A stretch of DNA of 64,000 nucleotides from a virus (IMGVR_UViG_3300030451_004287:95660-159659); one strand, 5' to 3'. Shown: positions 39,101-48,074, numbered from the stretch's first letter. Notes: generated from the letters alone by a model not told the origin. Numbers and translations: made by a program.

Positions 39101-39573
39101 ATAAACTCAGAAGTAGCATTACTAATTGCTGTAGTAAATTGATTAACAATACTAGTAACAATAGTAAATGCAGCAAATCTTTTAACAGCTAATGCTGATT
39201 GTTTGCCAAAATCTTCCATTGCGGTAGCAGCTTGTTTGACCTGTTTTTGGGTATTTTGAAAACCTTTACCGCTACTAGCTATTTGTTTATTAAGTTTAGA
39301 TGTACTAGCAGCAAGTTTGCTATTACTAGCACTAACCTTTTGTGCTGCAGCGCCTAACTGTTGTAAATTAGTTTTAGCTCGCTGTGCTGCGGTATTAAGA
39401 TTACCTAAATTTTTGGTAAGATTCTTAATGTCTTTAGAAGCGTTTTTGTCAACCTTAAGCTGTACATCAACAGATATCCCTTTTAGTTGTTTCTTAATAT
39501 TAGAAACAACAGACTTAACATTTTTAGGGCCTTGCAGGTTAATCTGTGCGGTAAGATTAAAAGAATTAGCCAT
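33148..39573 (-). CDS. Tail tape measure protein (TP901-type core)
   Basis: 2141 aa, Ala/Gly-rich and helical; FDREMVRVAQVTG...LSQAGLS...INAVAAKFAV...IATGLRTIFTRI; hydrophobic segments. Confidence 0.92.
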   Translation of the reverse strand: MANSFNLTAQINLQGPKNVKSVVSNIKKQLKGISVDVQLKVDKNASKDIKNLTKNLGNLNTAAQRAKTNLQQLGAAAQKVSASNSKLAASTSKLNKQIASSGKGFQNTQKQVKQAATAMEDFGKQSALAVKRFAAFTIVTSIVNQFTTAISNATSEFIKFDREMVRVAQVTGAAASEIGSLSNEISKVSRSFGVSSNELAEVSVTLSQAGLSATETRLALQALAKADLAPTFDNMKNTTEGAIAAMRQFNLSVNDLEGALGSINAVAAKFAVGSQDIITAVQRVGGVFAASSRGISEGQDALNEFIALFTSVRATTRESSETIATGLRTIFTRIQRGSTINFLRQFNVELQDLEGNFVGPFEAVRRLSEGLANIDPRSGQFNKIIEELGGFRQVGKVIPLLQEFATAQDALAVAQAGSGSLAADAAKGQLALAIQIAKVREEFLSFIRDIGQSGTFQALAKGALTFASALISIAGAFKPILPLLAAMTAIKGIGAIREFGGGFMGALREGGGAGGVGSGIGGALTGTGGAQQTASLDANTAALKVLTTSVNNLNATIRAGGGGGGRRAFASGGFVPGSGNRDTVPAMLTPGEFVIRKSAVEAFGVGNLSKINKYNNAGKTKRQKTGATKTVGNVGAGQIVQKPVTVARGILTDADLDKSELAPTAIGAVKGYMFENDFARAYQTGLNPSDFPDIMSKTVAKRVMGRNSKAEALELKYADTSGNRSSYRKALAASGKTSEQIPMITRMATGGSAVGTDTVPSLLTPGEFVINKRSAQAFGYGNLRKINKYAKGGTVQRFANGDTVQPSQGSLFGGFSFAGLKREVGQVTSSFRIFNKDVKTGTSTVGRFVGKVDDALAPVGGFTQALGVGATIVGSQAEKLGGVFQDLTGEASETSAAFQGAVQGLQGLGSGIQSGAFAGAQIGGRRGAMIAGAAGGAVQGLAGVFKGFADAAKAASEKMLLAAQQDQKEALEDLEAARNTRESIQAFAEYTQTVKATIQANKDAAAEADTLTARTGRLFDSLASGLSILFSLLGTLAFARGMGPRRMSTGGTVYASGGKLINFQPRGTDTVPAMLTPGEFVVNARSTKKHRGILEAINRQQGGMIPQYLRQGGRSGGRSTTRPTNSQYKGDVESTSFFNELFSEHRTFMDMLSAFYVSGSEEYKELTEKGDGIAKGLRVGGQASLAVAAGATAGAIGAGLVAIIPTLTTAFTSLSGVVATALTSIRTFGKAALIQAQRLGLRATGQLKNAPINTATAVRPPVSRPMTHNRTQAPTASSRPTTSGSTQGHRGPRRNTPMGSPGSIPGQSSTGPVQQTAGMFNNLIYAGTLLYGGFQTVSNLFFKSEEAIAAESRARAQNAKELLNYTKTFSQELPGMLSNVTLAEEEGLTVGAFDDPDVFNKAIEELNMQRGEEQKALLSDLSSSTSLLATAAQNLGMSTEELEDSLRTEFLSQRGITGTEAQAQIDDGFDADLEKQFKSFVANREREARQNLLTAQTIKTLNQEMASMTATAARMTQVFKILNNDLKEIVAVNQSYVDVLNGQFDATKSLRDTNSEVLNNPAAFSADRFASVTGGLAQAGGNTLQLQQAAAMVQLKKAIDDIDRVAGPDADPEFLAQELEKRFENIGTGLGEDFDKIKDNLAQSAATAIATGDDEALEEFNKTAAEADKILQGIAQIKFESLKQLSTIANQTAQALGKLNDITRRQNEARFESDFAIQEARGERVTAADRARQARSDAEMRALQAGLGEGETLKERRDSVSRMDDAQMARALRNRLTEDLPNEIDAATAKRDSLMRQRDAMPMGADTKAIDNEIIKTNERIGELGNQSAEAKAALEGMVNSTAKFDAAVEALAERTKMLKAQQESLIDAVLDPEGTKERAFNRQEALAGRGGAEPLAHFLRDLDAQLEAGLISQKTYDEERERALTANERAGGRGAKLARAVRERDVEKDARAKELEEEAKAEKEKRLAMFDELKAVQEKELELRRKAAQEILDLTRSKLHAAMTESAELFDKFNEKMKTFVDEREAGNNGNGNGNGGAGSDQTKAPPAGSSPPTSGANQGGRRGGNKGGGGEGGGQQRGGGTAGQTVKLEGDLTNRVVVDGTQFVGQIDELATVIQNNTFDAVAFSIDEATNGNIKIVRA
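36315..37869 (-). repeat. Three dispersed GG...DTVP(A/S)(M/L)LTPGEFV cassettes in the tape measure gene
   Basis: Copies at about 37774-37869, 37245-37335 and 36315-36435. Confidence 0.9.
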
Positions 39574-39600
39574 TATTTTTCAACAATCAAGTAAGTGGTA

Positions 39601-40482
39601 TTAGTTTGTTTCTTGTTTTTTTCTTCTACGTCTAGGCTTTGGTTTTTCTGGTTCTTCTGGTTGTTCTTCTGTACTTTTTTCTTTATCTTTTAAAACTACA
39701 GGCTTACCTTTATCATCTAAAAATGGAGTAAATTCTGCAACATATTGTCCAGAAAAGTTTACTTTATTACCTTCTATATCAACAAAGTTACCTTCTTCAT
39801 CAATAAATCTACCATCTTTATCGATCAATCGGCCTTTAGAGTCAACTAATCGACCTTTCTTATCTATAAAATTTAAATCTTCATCAACAAAATCGTAATC
39901 TAGTAAAAACTTATTTTCTGGTAATTTAGTCTCAAAATTCTCTTCTAAACCATATATAGCATTTGCCAACTTAAATGAACCTTCAATACCAACCCTATCG
40001 GTAGACCTATTTAAATAGTCCTCATATCCACTAAAATAAGGCTTACCACTCTCTTTATACACCACACAAACAGATACTAGATAATTAAACTTAGCATTAT
40101 CAGCTTGACCTTCTGCAGTATTATTGTCTAAATTATTTTTAGTAGAAATAAGATCTTTCAAATCTGCACGAGCTTGCCTCATTTTAACCGCTATATCTTT
40201 AGCTTCTTGTAGTCCAATACCACCAGCAGCAAGAGCTTTTTCTCCATCATTTATTGTTGTTTGTAATTCTTTAAACTGCTTATCTTTTTCTTCGTCCCAC
40301 AAGCCTTGACGAGTCATAATTTCATCTAAACGAGCTCTAATAATACATCCGCTAGAAATAGCATCGCTAAAAGCTCTATTATAAACTTTTTGTGCTTCTC
40401 TTTGATCTTTAAAAGACGGGTTTTTAACTTTAAAAACTACATCCTCACCATCAATTTTAGCTGTAAATTCATTATTTTCCAT
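39601..40482 (-). CDS. Probable tail assembly chaperone with 7-aa D-x-x-G-x-x-[VI] repeats
   Basis: Directly upstream of the tape measure gene; FIDKKGRLVDSKGRLIDKDGRFIDEEGNFVDIEGNKV. Confidence 0.55.
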   Translation of the reverse strand: MENNEFTAKIDGEDVVFKVKNPSFKDQREAQKVYNRAFSDAISSGCIIRARLDEIMTRQGLWDEEKDKQFKELQTTINDGEKALAAGGIGLQEAKDIAVKMRQARADLKDLISTKNNLDNNTAEGQADNAKFNYLVSVCVVYKESGKPYFSGYEDYLNRSTDRVGIEGSFKLANAIYGLEENFETKLPENKFLLDYDFVDEDLNFIDKKGRLVDSKGRLIDKDGRFIDEEGNFVDIEGNKVNFSGQYVAEFTPFLDDKGKPVVLKDKEKSTEEQPEEPEKPKPRRRRKKQETN

Positions 40483-40486
40483 TTAA

Positions 40487-40810
40487 TTATCTCCTATAGT
40501 CTTGTTTATCATTAAAAATAAATTTGTAAGAATACCTTTCTTCCCTATCAAAATAATCTTCTATATCATCTAAACCTTCTCTTAAATGATAATTTCCATG
40601 ATTCAATATTTCATTTCTTAAATTTTCCCAAATATCAAGGTATTTTTGTTGCTCATTTGTCAATCTATCATCTGTATCATACGCCCACAAAAATCCTAAA
40701 TTATCTTCTATTTTAGCTAAACTTCCTATCATAATAGTTTTAAATCTTGTTTCTACTTTATTTAGTAAATGTCTTTTATTTTGATGAAATCTATTATTTC
40801 GTTTACTCAT
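40487..40810 (-). CDS. Hypothetical protein
   Basis: Tightly packed ORF in the tail operon. Confidence 0.65.
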   Translation of the reverse strand: MSKRNNRFHQNKRHLLNKVETRFKTIMIGSLAKIEDNLGFLWAYDTDDRLTNEQQKYLDIWENLRNEILNHGNYHLREGLDDIEDYFDREERYSYKFIFNDKQDYRR

Positions 40811-40812
40811 TA

Positions 40813-41847
40813 CTATTTTAATCCTTGTTCTTTAATTTTTTGTTGTTGTACTGCAGGAATATCTACCCAATCAATTTTTCCGTCTGGGTTATTTTTTAAT
40901 TTTTCATTCACATAATTTTCTGTTTGTTTTATAAATCTACGATTAGCAGGATCGTTTAAGTCATATATTTCCTGTTGTTCGGCTTTTGTACCTGCCATCA
41001 TATAAACTTCACCAGCATTTTTTCCCTTGCCTTCTAGACTGTCTTCTACTTGTTTAAGTTTCTTTTCTTTTTCAGCTTTCTTATTTTGATAAATTATCCA
41101 TCCTTCTGTAGCCATAGGATCTAATAAAATTTCAGAATCAGGAGCTTCCGGATGTTTATATATATTGAACAATCCTCTGCTACTATTAATAGCCATTAAT
41201 TGCTCATCATTCCAATCCTTAATAGGTGTCCGAATAATCCTACCATTACTAGCTGACCAATGATTGGACCAAATATCAGAACGAATCAGTTTGGGTATTT
41301 CATTATATATACGCTCTGAAATGTATTGATTTAAGTAATGCTCTACAATAAAATTATTTAATTTATATTTTTTAAAATATAACTTATTACCTATATACAC
41401 CGTATTTCTAAGAAGAAATATGTTTTTCATCTTATTTATAAAGTAGTCTTTGGTATATTCTTTATAAGTATCTCTTTTTCCCAATAATTCATAAATCTGT
41501 TTATTATTATCAGATATTTTTTTTTCAAACATTTTTCTATTACCAGAATGTTTATATCCTAAATATAGAGCAACTTTTAATTGTTCTTGATCTTTATCTA
41601 ATTTTTTTAATTTTTCTTCATCTTCTGGTAACCATATTTTATAAAAATTTAATATTTGAAATCTTTTTTGTTCAGAAAGAAAATCTTTAGGGTCATGAAA
41701 CTTTAGTTTATCTTTTACATACATCTCATATCTTTGTGCTCTATATTTAATAGATGCATTAGGACTTATTACTTTTAATTTTTTTTTGTTAAAATAAGAA
41801 TAATAATATCCATTTAAAATTCTATGAAATAAAAATTCGTTAGTCAT
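40813..41847 (-). CDS. Hypothetical protein, possible tail assembly chaperone
   Basis: Between the tail tube and tape measure genes; IYKHPEAPD...D...GW motif. Confidence 0.55.
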   Translation of the reverse strand: MTNEFLFHRILNGYYYSYFNKKKLKVISPNASIKYRAQRYEMYVKDKLKFHDPKDFLSEQKRFQILNFYKIWLPEDEEKLKKLDKDQEQLKVALYLGYKHSGNRKMFEKKISDNNKQIYELLGKRDTYKEYTKDYFINKMKNIFLLRNTVYIGNKLYFKKYKLNNFIVEHYLNQYISERIYNEIPKLIRSDIWSNHWSASNGRIIRTPIKDWNDEQLMAINSSRGLFNIYKHPEAPDSEILLDPMATEGWIIYQNKKAEKEKKLKQVEDSLEGKGKNAGEVYMMAGTKAEQQEIYDLNDPANRRFIKQTENYVNEKLKNNPDGKIDWVDIPAVQQQKIKEQGLK

Positions 41848-42782
41848 TATATGTCTTGAGTAAAACTTAGAGCGTTTTGTGATTTAAAATTAAGAGTTGT
41901 CGTGGCATTATCTCCGTCTACACTTCCACCACCATAATCAGTACTCATCAATATTCCTGTTCCACAATCCAAAGTATATCCTCCACATAGTTTAAAGCTA
42001 AGAGGTATTCCAGTAGTATAATTAAGAATAGTATTACCACACATATGAGTAGCACTATCATTAGGATCAATATTAAATAAATCAAACTCGCCACTACTAA
42101 GTATTTCTACTGAAATATTAGTATCTACAGGAAAAACTGCATATCTAAAAGCTCCTGTAGGATTAGACAGGTTAGAGCCAAATTCGTTTATGTTTTGTAT
42201 ATTAAAATTAGCTTGGCAACTAACTGATTGTATACGACTTCCACTCGGAATTAAACCGCTACCAATATTAGAACTTTCTACAAGTAAATGCTGTCTTTGC
42301 ATTGTTCCTGTACCACTAGCGTGCATATCTTGAAATATAGATTTATTAACTGGGCAATTATTTAATTCTTTATAGTAAGCTAAAAATCCCAGTTCCTCTG
42401 TAAAAAAGCCATCTGTACCAAAATTATAATTAACACTGTTTATACTAACACCAGTAATATAAACATTTTCAGTAGCTGTTGATTCATGTATAAAATTTTT
42501 AGTATCCTCACCTACAAATAAACAAATATAATTATTATGTTTATTAATATTTTCTAGTAAAGTACCACTATATAATGGCCCACTACCACTAGTTAAAACA
42601 CGAGTCATTGTAATATTAACAACAGGATAGTTTGGTACATTTTTATGTATCGTAAGACTACCAAATTGAGGTATGTCTACTACCTGCTGAGAGGTGTTCA
42701 AAGTTATACTCTGAACACCTTCAACTGGTTTGCCATTATAGCATACTCCTTGACAGGCATAAAATACCCGTTGATTTCCCAT
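41847..42782 (-). CDS. Tail tube protein paralog 2
   Basis: Colinear similarity to 42808..43827 (RVFYA, TDG.FTEE, IQS.S..A.F, RY..FP, GYT.D.GT, GGG). Confidence 0.7.
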   Translation of the reverse strand: MGNQRVFYACQGVCYNGKPVEGVQSITLNTSQQVVDIPQFGSLTIHKNVPNYPVVNITMTRVLTSGSGPLYSGTLLENINKHNNYICLFVGEDTKNFIHESTATENVYITGVSINSVNYNFGTDGFFTEELGFLAYYKELNNCPVNKSIFQDMHASGTGTMQRQHLLVESSNIGSGLIPSGSRIQSVSCQANFNIQNINEFGSNLSNPTGAFRYAVFPVDTNISVEILSSGEFDLFNIDPNDSATHMCGNTILNYTTGIPLSFKLCGGYTLDCGTGILMSTDYGGGSVDGDNATTTLNFKSQNALSFTQDI

Positions 42783-42807
42783 AATAGTCCTTTAATTATA
42801 TAATGAT

Positions 42808-43827
42808 CTAAGGTAGTAAAGCTCTCTCGGGATGCTCACCACTAGACCTAATATCTAAATCATTAAAAGTAACATAGCTAAACGTTAAGTTAGAATTTCC
42901 TCCACCAGTATCACCTCCTCCAAAGGCAACGCTTGTTAGCTTAAGTTTAGTTCCAAGGTCAATAGTGTAACCACTGTTACCACCACTTGGATCACAAAGT
43001 TTAAATATACCAGTACTTTCATTCAAAGTTAGCCCACTACAAGCGCCATCTGGAACATCAACAGCAAGAGTATCAAGACCTGTTGCAATAACTTCAATAT
43101 CACAACTAACTTCAAGAGGGAAGTTAACATAACGATGGAAAGTAGAAAGCCTACCAAGCTTAAACATTTCTTCACGACCAAAGTCAGCACTAATACTGAT
43201 ACTTTGAATATTTTCGCCATCTACTTCTGTTGGCAGTGTTGAATTAGTAGTATCAAGATTCTGTCGCCTAAACACTTTGTTGCCAATACCCGAAGCAGCT
43301 GGACTAAACTGACTTGTAGCAGCTGTACTAAGTGCTTTATCATTACCAACAAAACTACATTCTTCAGTAAAATTACCATCCGTGCTAAGATTATAGCTTA
43401 CAGAACTTAAGTAAATAGGATCACAAACAATCGCATTAGTGACACTAAGAGTGTTATTTGTATCAGCACCAACACCCATAACTAGTTTTGTTCTTTTGTT
43501 AGCATTGGACACAATACCACCAGAACCTACTGCTAATTCATAAATAGTAGGATGAGCGTCTAGTGTTTTACTAATTGTAACCTCAACACTAGGATCTGTT
43601 ACAACATTATCATAAAGCTCTAATTGACCAAGCTGGAAAACTTGTTCAAGATTAAAATTAGTGTTCATTGTAACGCTGTTTGCACCAGCAACAGCAATTA
43701 AACCAGTTATAGCACTATCTGCGGTGTCTGTTTGTTTATTGTATACTGGGGTAGCTAGCGATGTGTCGCCTGTTTCAAGTGCTAAAGCTACACCATGCGA
43801 AGCGTAAAATACTCTGTTATTGGCCAT
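42808..43827 (-). CDS. Major tail tube protein
   Basis: Follows the neck/terminator genes, has its own late box and GGAG RBS; beta-rich, Gly/Thr/Ser-rich. Confidence 0.72.
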   Translation of the reverse strand: MANNRVFYASHGVALALETGDTSLATPVYNKQTDTADSAITGLIAVAGANSVTMNTNFNLEQVFQLGQLELYDNVVTDPSVEVTISKTLDAHPTIYELAVGSGGIVSNANKRTKLVMGVGADTNNTLSVTNAIVCDPIYLSSVSYNLSTDGNFTEECSFVGNDKALSTAATSQFSPAASGIGNKVFRRQNLDTTNSTLPTEVDGENIQSISISADFGREEMFKLGRLSTFHRYVNFPLEVSCDIEVIATGLDTLAVDVPDGACSGLTLNESTGIFKLCDPSGGNSGYTIDLGTKLKLTSVAFGGGDTGGGNSNLTFSYVTFNDLDIRSSGEHPERALLP

Positions 43828-43885
43828 TTGAAGTCTCCGGTAATGTTGTGAAGATGGTATTTAATATAGATTACACCAAAAACGG

Positions 43886-44884
43886 TTATACAATAATAAT
43901 TTCAGCTGTAAGACGAATCGTAGATTCATATAAGTCAGGATTTACGCTTTCTACCTCTGAAACCACCATATTTTTAAGTCTACATGTATTATGCAAATAA
44001 GCATTGTTTTGAACTAAGGCTGAGTAGTCTAGCCTAGAATTGTTTAAAGTTCCATCAAAATTATATGTATATACACCACTTTTAGCTACAGTATTAATAT
44101 CATACATATTTAAAACTCTATCTTGTTGCAGTCTAATTATATCTGTGATATTGTTTCTATCGTAGTGATTTTGTGCAACAACATGTATTAAAACGTCTTG
44201 ATCTAGAACCATAGAAAGATCTCCTAGTCTATAAGGAGATGAAAAACTTCTAGGAACAGTCTCTATAACTACTGCTGGTAATTGAACTCTATGCTTAGGG
44301 TCTACAAAAAAATCGCCTTTATCTTTTCTGTTCAAGTGATCTGTATTACTATCTGTATTATATTGTATTTCTTTCCACCACTCAGCTTCAGAGTAATCAT
44401 ATACCTGAACCCATTTATAACTATAATTTAAATCTATTTTAGTGTTTGTGGGTATGCCTGTATTGAAAATAACTCTACCATTTTTATAATCAAGTTTATG
44501 AGCATAAGTTCCAGCTACTGCATCTGAATAAGTTACACTGTCAATTCTAATACCAGTAATACCTATAGGGCGACTACTTGAATGAGTTCCAGTATTATAA
44601 GGAGCGCCATATGTTGAAGGTCCACCGATATTTGACTCATGAACCCAGTTTTTCCTAGCAGTTTGCCATACTTGTCCTTGTTTGTAATTTGCGTCATTTA
44701 CAGGATATAATCTGTATTGTGACATTCCATGTACATTATTACCAGAAGCTTGTACATTTATAAAACCTCCAGCAGCAAGAAAACCATAATCTAAGAAAGA
44801 TTTTAGATTGTATTCTAGCTGATTACTAATAAAATTAATACTTGCTCTATCACCAACATGATGAAATTTTGCATTGTATGCCAT
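43886..44884 (-). CDS. Tail terminator/completion-like protein
   Basis: Position; QLPAVVIE...DVLIHVVA...RNNITDII pattern. Confidence 0.5.
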   Translation of the reverse strand: MAYNAKFHHVGDRASINFISNQLEYNLKSFLDYGFLAAGGFINVQASGNNVHGMSQYRLYPVNDANYKQGQVWQTARKNWVHESNIGGPSTYGAPYNTGTHSSSRPIGITGIRIDSVTYSDAVAGTYAHKLDYKNGRVIFNTGIPTNTKIDLNYSYKWVQVYDYSEAEWWKEIQYNTDSNTDHLNRKDKGDFFVDPKHRVQLPAVVIETVPRSFSSPYRLGDLSMVLDQDVLIHVVAQNHYDRNNITDIIRLQQDRVLNMYDINTVAKSGVYTYNFDGTLNNSRLDYSALVQNNAYLHNTCRLKNMVVSEVESVNPDLYESTIRLTAEIIIV

Positions 44885-44896
44885 AAGTCAATACCT

Positions 44897-45526
44897 TTAT
44901 TTTAATGATTCTTCAACAGTTCTTTCAATAATTGAAGATACACTATCTATAGATCTAGTTATCCAATTATTATTTGGATTACCAGCAAATGATGATGGAA
45001 CACTCCACTTACCTTTAACATTTTTTTTCATAACCTTATTACCTGCTCTACCATTTCTTTTCCCATCAACAATTTCATACTGTTTAATAATTACTTTATC
45101 TCCTTGATTTAGTAACCAATCTAACCAAGCTAAATCTTGACCTTTTTTTGTTTTTTGGAAAGCTGCTGGCAACCTCATAACATCAGAATAATCTGATCTA
45201 ATTGCATAAATAGTTATTTTACTAAAAATTTGACCGCCTTTTATAGTTGGCTTAGTATAATTTACCTCTACATTTTTCCAAACTTGTAATAATTTTTCTA
45301 CTTTAGAAGCTGCATCTGGTATACCAAACTCTTCTCTTAATCTACCACTAACTAAAGACGTATACTCTGGTTGAGAAATTATTGCGCTTTCTATAATCGG
45401 TGGTAGTTTACTTTCTAAAATTTTAGCAGATTTAGCCATAGTCTTACCAACATCACTCAATAAAGCTTTTAATATTGATTGTTCAATTTGCGCGTTTGTT
45501 TCTATAATGTCTATTGATGCTTTCAT
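44897..45526 (-). CDS. Neck/tail completion protein (HK97 gp10-like position)
   Basis: Basic; LAWLDWLL...G...NNWITR. The ATG at 45526 overlaps the upstream stop (ORF track start 45541). Confidence 0.5.
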   Translation of the reverse strand: MKASIDIIETNAQIEQSILKALLSDVGKTMAKSAKILESKLPPIIESAIISQPEYTSLVSGRLREEFGIPDAASKVEKLLQVWKNVEVNYTKPTIKGGQIFSKITIYAIRSDYSDVMRLPAAFQKTKKGQDLAWLDWLLNQGDKVIIKQYEIVDGKRNGRAGNKVMKKNVKGKWSVPSSFAGNPNNNWITRSIDSVSSIIERTVEESLK

Positions 45527-46032
45527 GCTCCCCTCTGCCAATTCGTAAAGATATAACGGTTATCACCCAAGCTAACAAACTGTGGTTCACTTACTCTTGT
45601 AAATTCATTTTGAGCATATTGTGTAACATTTCCACCTGATGGTACAATATAGTCTGCGGTTTTAATTTGTTGATAAGTATCCAACTTTGATATAGTTTGC
45701 ATATCTCCTTGAGGAACGCCAACATCTCCAAAATATAAAAAGTTTTTCTGACCAAAAACCATAGCTAAAGTAACAGTTTCTGTTTTTTGTGAATTGACAG
45801 TGCCTACACCATTACATATAGGACAAATCATACCATAACCAAAAGGATAACCACCAGTACCGTTGTATTCACCATTTGATCTACGAGCTATTGGATCCCA
45901 TTCACAATTATAACACTGCGTTCCTCTTTCTTCGTATACAAAAACACACGAGCTACCTAGACCATTAGTGCTAATTAAATTATCCATAGCACTATTGTAT
46001 ATATCTCTAACAGAATTTAAATTAATATCCAT
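45523..46032 (-). CDS. Head closure/neck protein with a CxxC...CxxC insertion
   Basis: CYNC...CPICNGVG; position after the adaptor. Confidence 0.55.
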   Translation of the reverse strand: MDINLNSVRDIYNSAMDNLISTNGLGSSCVFVYEERGTQCYNCEWDPIARRSNGEYNGTGGYPFGYGMICPICNGVGTVNSQKTETVTLAMVFGQKNFLYFGDVGVPQGDMQTISKLDTYQQIKTADYIVPSGGNVTQYAQNEFTRVSEPQFVSLGDNRYIFTNWQRGA

Positions 46033-46550
46033 TATGACATGAACTTTCGTAATCTAGAATAATGATCTGTTAAGTATCTAGGATCAAAATTATTACCTAC
46101 AAACGGACCAAGAATAGCTTCAATACCATTAGCATTACTAATTTCATATTGCATTCTTAACTTATCATACATATAGCAAGGACCTACATCTAAAATCTCT
46201 TTATAGCCCCTTAAATTACCTCTTACATCTACTTGAGCTGCTCCTAAACCTGCTCTAATTCCTTCATTAGCTGCTTTAGTTCTAAACGTACTTTGATCTA
46301 AAAAACAAGCTGCTTTTAATGTTACAAAACCGATAAAGTCTTCATCTCTAACAGCACCACAAGGATCAGGTGAAATTGTTAAATTTGTTAAGTTTACTTC
46401 ATAACTCTTAGTAAAATTAATTTCTCTATTAACATATTGTGCAGACACGACGAGAACTTGTTGCAATCTGTCATCTTCATATGTGGGTGTGTCGGACAGA
46501 TCATTAATCCAAGTCCGTACGATAATTGGTAACTCTAATTGCCATGACAT
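46032..46550 (-). CDS. Head-tail adaptor-like protein
   Basis: IVRTWIND...YEDDRL N-terminal pattern; AGGAG RBS; late box upstream. Confidence 0.55.
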   Translation of the reverse strand: MSWQLELPIIVRTWINDLSDTPTYEDDRLQQVLVVSAQYVNREINFTKSYEVNLTNLTISPDPCGAVRDEDFIGFVTLKAACFLDQSTFRTKAANEGIRAGLGAAQVDVRGNLRGYKEILDVGPCYMYDKLRMQYEISNANGIEAILGPFVGNNFDPRYLTDHYSRLRKFMS

Positions 46551-46593
46551 GCTATTTTTCTCCTAAAATGCGGTAATAATACTATTATACACC

Positions 46594-47370
46594 CTATCCC
46601 GAAGTATGTGTTAATATTACAATTCCGCTGTTTGTGATTGTAGAATTAGCACCAGACGATGCAATACTCACGTTTACATGTAGAGTTTCAGTTTGTCCAC
46701 CCAAACCTGTATTGTTAGTTGTTTCTAACCTATACTTTGAATCGTAAGCAACACCACTGGCATTACCAGTAGAACCAGAAAGTGACCAAGTATATTCTAA
46801 ATCAGTGACATTGGTTACAGGTATTGCATTATAAAATAAATCATTACCAGCAGATAAATTACTAGAACTTGGAATAAGACGAGTGCTTGTTAAATTCATA
46901 TTTCCACTATTACTAGCAGACACAATAATATTACCAAAAAAGTTACTATCACTTTCACACAAATAATGAAAAGTTCCTGTGTTTCCAATACCCGGATACC
47001 ATTTTAATGTACCACTTGCTATATCATTATTAAGTAATGTGTGATTTTTTGGAGGTATACCTGTAGTTGAAGATGTAGAAATAAATAATTTTTTTACAGG
47101 TGAGTTGGCTACAATATTTAAAACTAAAATATCACTATCATTAATATTTATAGTCGGATCTGATTCTGAAGCCTTACTACCATTTCTATCAGAACCAGTA
47201 AACACATAAGAAAACGCAGACTGAGTAACAGAAAAAGTATAAATGTTATCTATTATTGGTTTTTGAATATTAAGAATATTAGTCTTATTATTATTTCTAC
47301 TTATCCTACCTGTTGGTACAACATCCGTACCATACAAAGCTGGGTCTGTATAGACTTTTATGCTTGTCAT
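46594..47370 (-). CDS. Virion accessory protein with a degenerate cupredoxin-like domain
   Basis: YVFTG...DPTINI...GTLKW.P...TFHYLC...GNIIV. Confidence 0.55.
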   Translation of the reverse strand: MTSIKVYTDPALYGTDVVPTGRISRNNNKTNILNIQKPIIDNIYTFSVTQSAFSYVFTGSDRNGSKASESDPTININDSDILVLNIVANSPVKKLFISTSSTTGIPPKNHTLLNNDIASGTLKWYPGIGNTGTFHYLCESDSNFFGNIIVSASNSGNMNLTSTRLIPSSSNLSAGNDLFYNAIPVTNVTDLEYTWSLSGSTGNASGVAYDSKYRLETTNNTGLGGQTETLHVNVSIASSGANSTITNSGIVILTHTSG

Positions 47371-47384
47371 AATTCATAATTATC

Positions 47385-48074
47385 CTAAAACGTTGAAATA
47401 GCAACACGTTTCCAAGTGTTGTTTCCAATAGCTATATATAAATGAGTTTGATCAAATCTAATATCACCAACAGAACCAGCAGCACTTGCATTAGCTGGAG
47501 CTCCAGACATATTAGCTAAGATTTGCCCAGACGTAGCTATTTCTAATGAAACTTGTGATGCGTTGTATGTTAGATTAATACCACTAGCTGATTGTAATTT
47601 AGTATTAAGATTACCAGTGGTTAACACAGTACCATCTATATCAACAGTAGTAGCAGCGCCCGGCCTAACACCTAATCCTGTACCAGCAACAAATGTCGCT
47701 GTAGTAAATACAGAGTCATCTACATCAACAGTAGTAGCAGCACCCGGTCTAATGCCTAATCCTGTACCAGCAGTAAATGTACCAGTAGTAAATACAGAGT
47801 CATCTACGTTTACAGTAACAGCTCCTGTAGCTCCCCCACCATTTAAACCAGTGCCAGCAGTAACAGCCGTTATATCACCACCACCACCACCGCCACCTCC
47901 AGCACCAATAGAACTTAAAGAGTTCCAAGCTGTAGAACCATCACCTATTTTTAAAACACCAGAATCCCCAGCAAAAGCAGGTTCTCCACTAGCAAGTACT
48001 GGGTTAACGCTGAAGAAATTACGTCCTAAATCTCTTCTTAATTGAATTTGCATTTCACCATAAGTGTACGACAT
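47385..48074 (-). CDS. Short fibre protein with an Mtd/hyaluronidase-type N-terminal domain
   Basis: IQLRRD...NPVLASGE...LKIGDG.TAWNSL; GDITAVTAGTGL; C-terminal AP..SA.G..GDIR.D..HLYI....WKRV. Confidence 0.75.
   Translation of the reverse strand: MSYTYGEMQIQLRRDLGRNFFSVNPVLASGEPAFAGDSGVLKIGDGSTAWNSLSSIGAGGGGGGGGDITAVTAGTGLNGGGATGAVTVNVDDSVFTTGTFTAGTGLGIRPGAATTVDVDDSVFTTATFVAGTGLGVRPGAATTVDIDGTVLTTGNLNTKLQSASGINLTYNASQVSLEIATSGQILANMSGAPANASAAGSVGDIRFDQTHLYIAIGNNTWKRVAISTF
47640..47807 (-). repeat. 84-bp (28-aa) tandem duplication in the short fibre gene
   Basis: VDDSVFTT.TF.AGTGLG.RPGAATTVD twice; near-identical DNA units 47640-47723 and 47724-47807. Confidence 0.9.

Noticed and set aside
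39574-41847. Programmed -1 frameshift (G/GT) in tail chaperone genes
   Set aside because: The ORFs are separate with their own starts, and I found no overlapping alternative frame behind a convincing slippery site.
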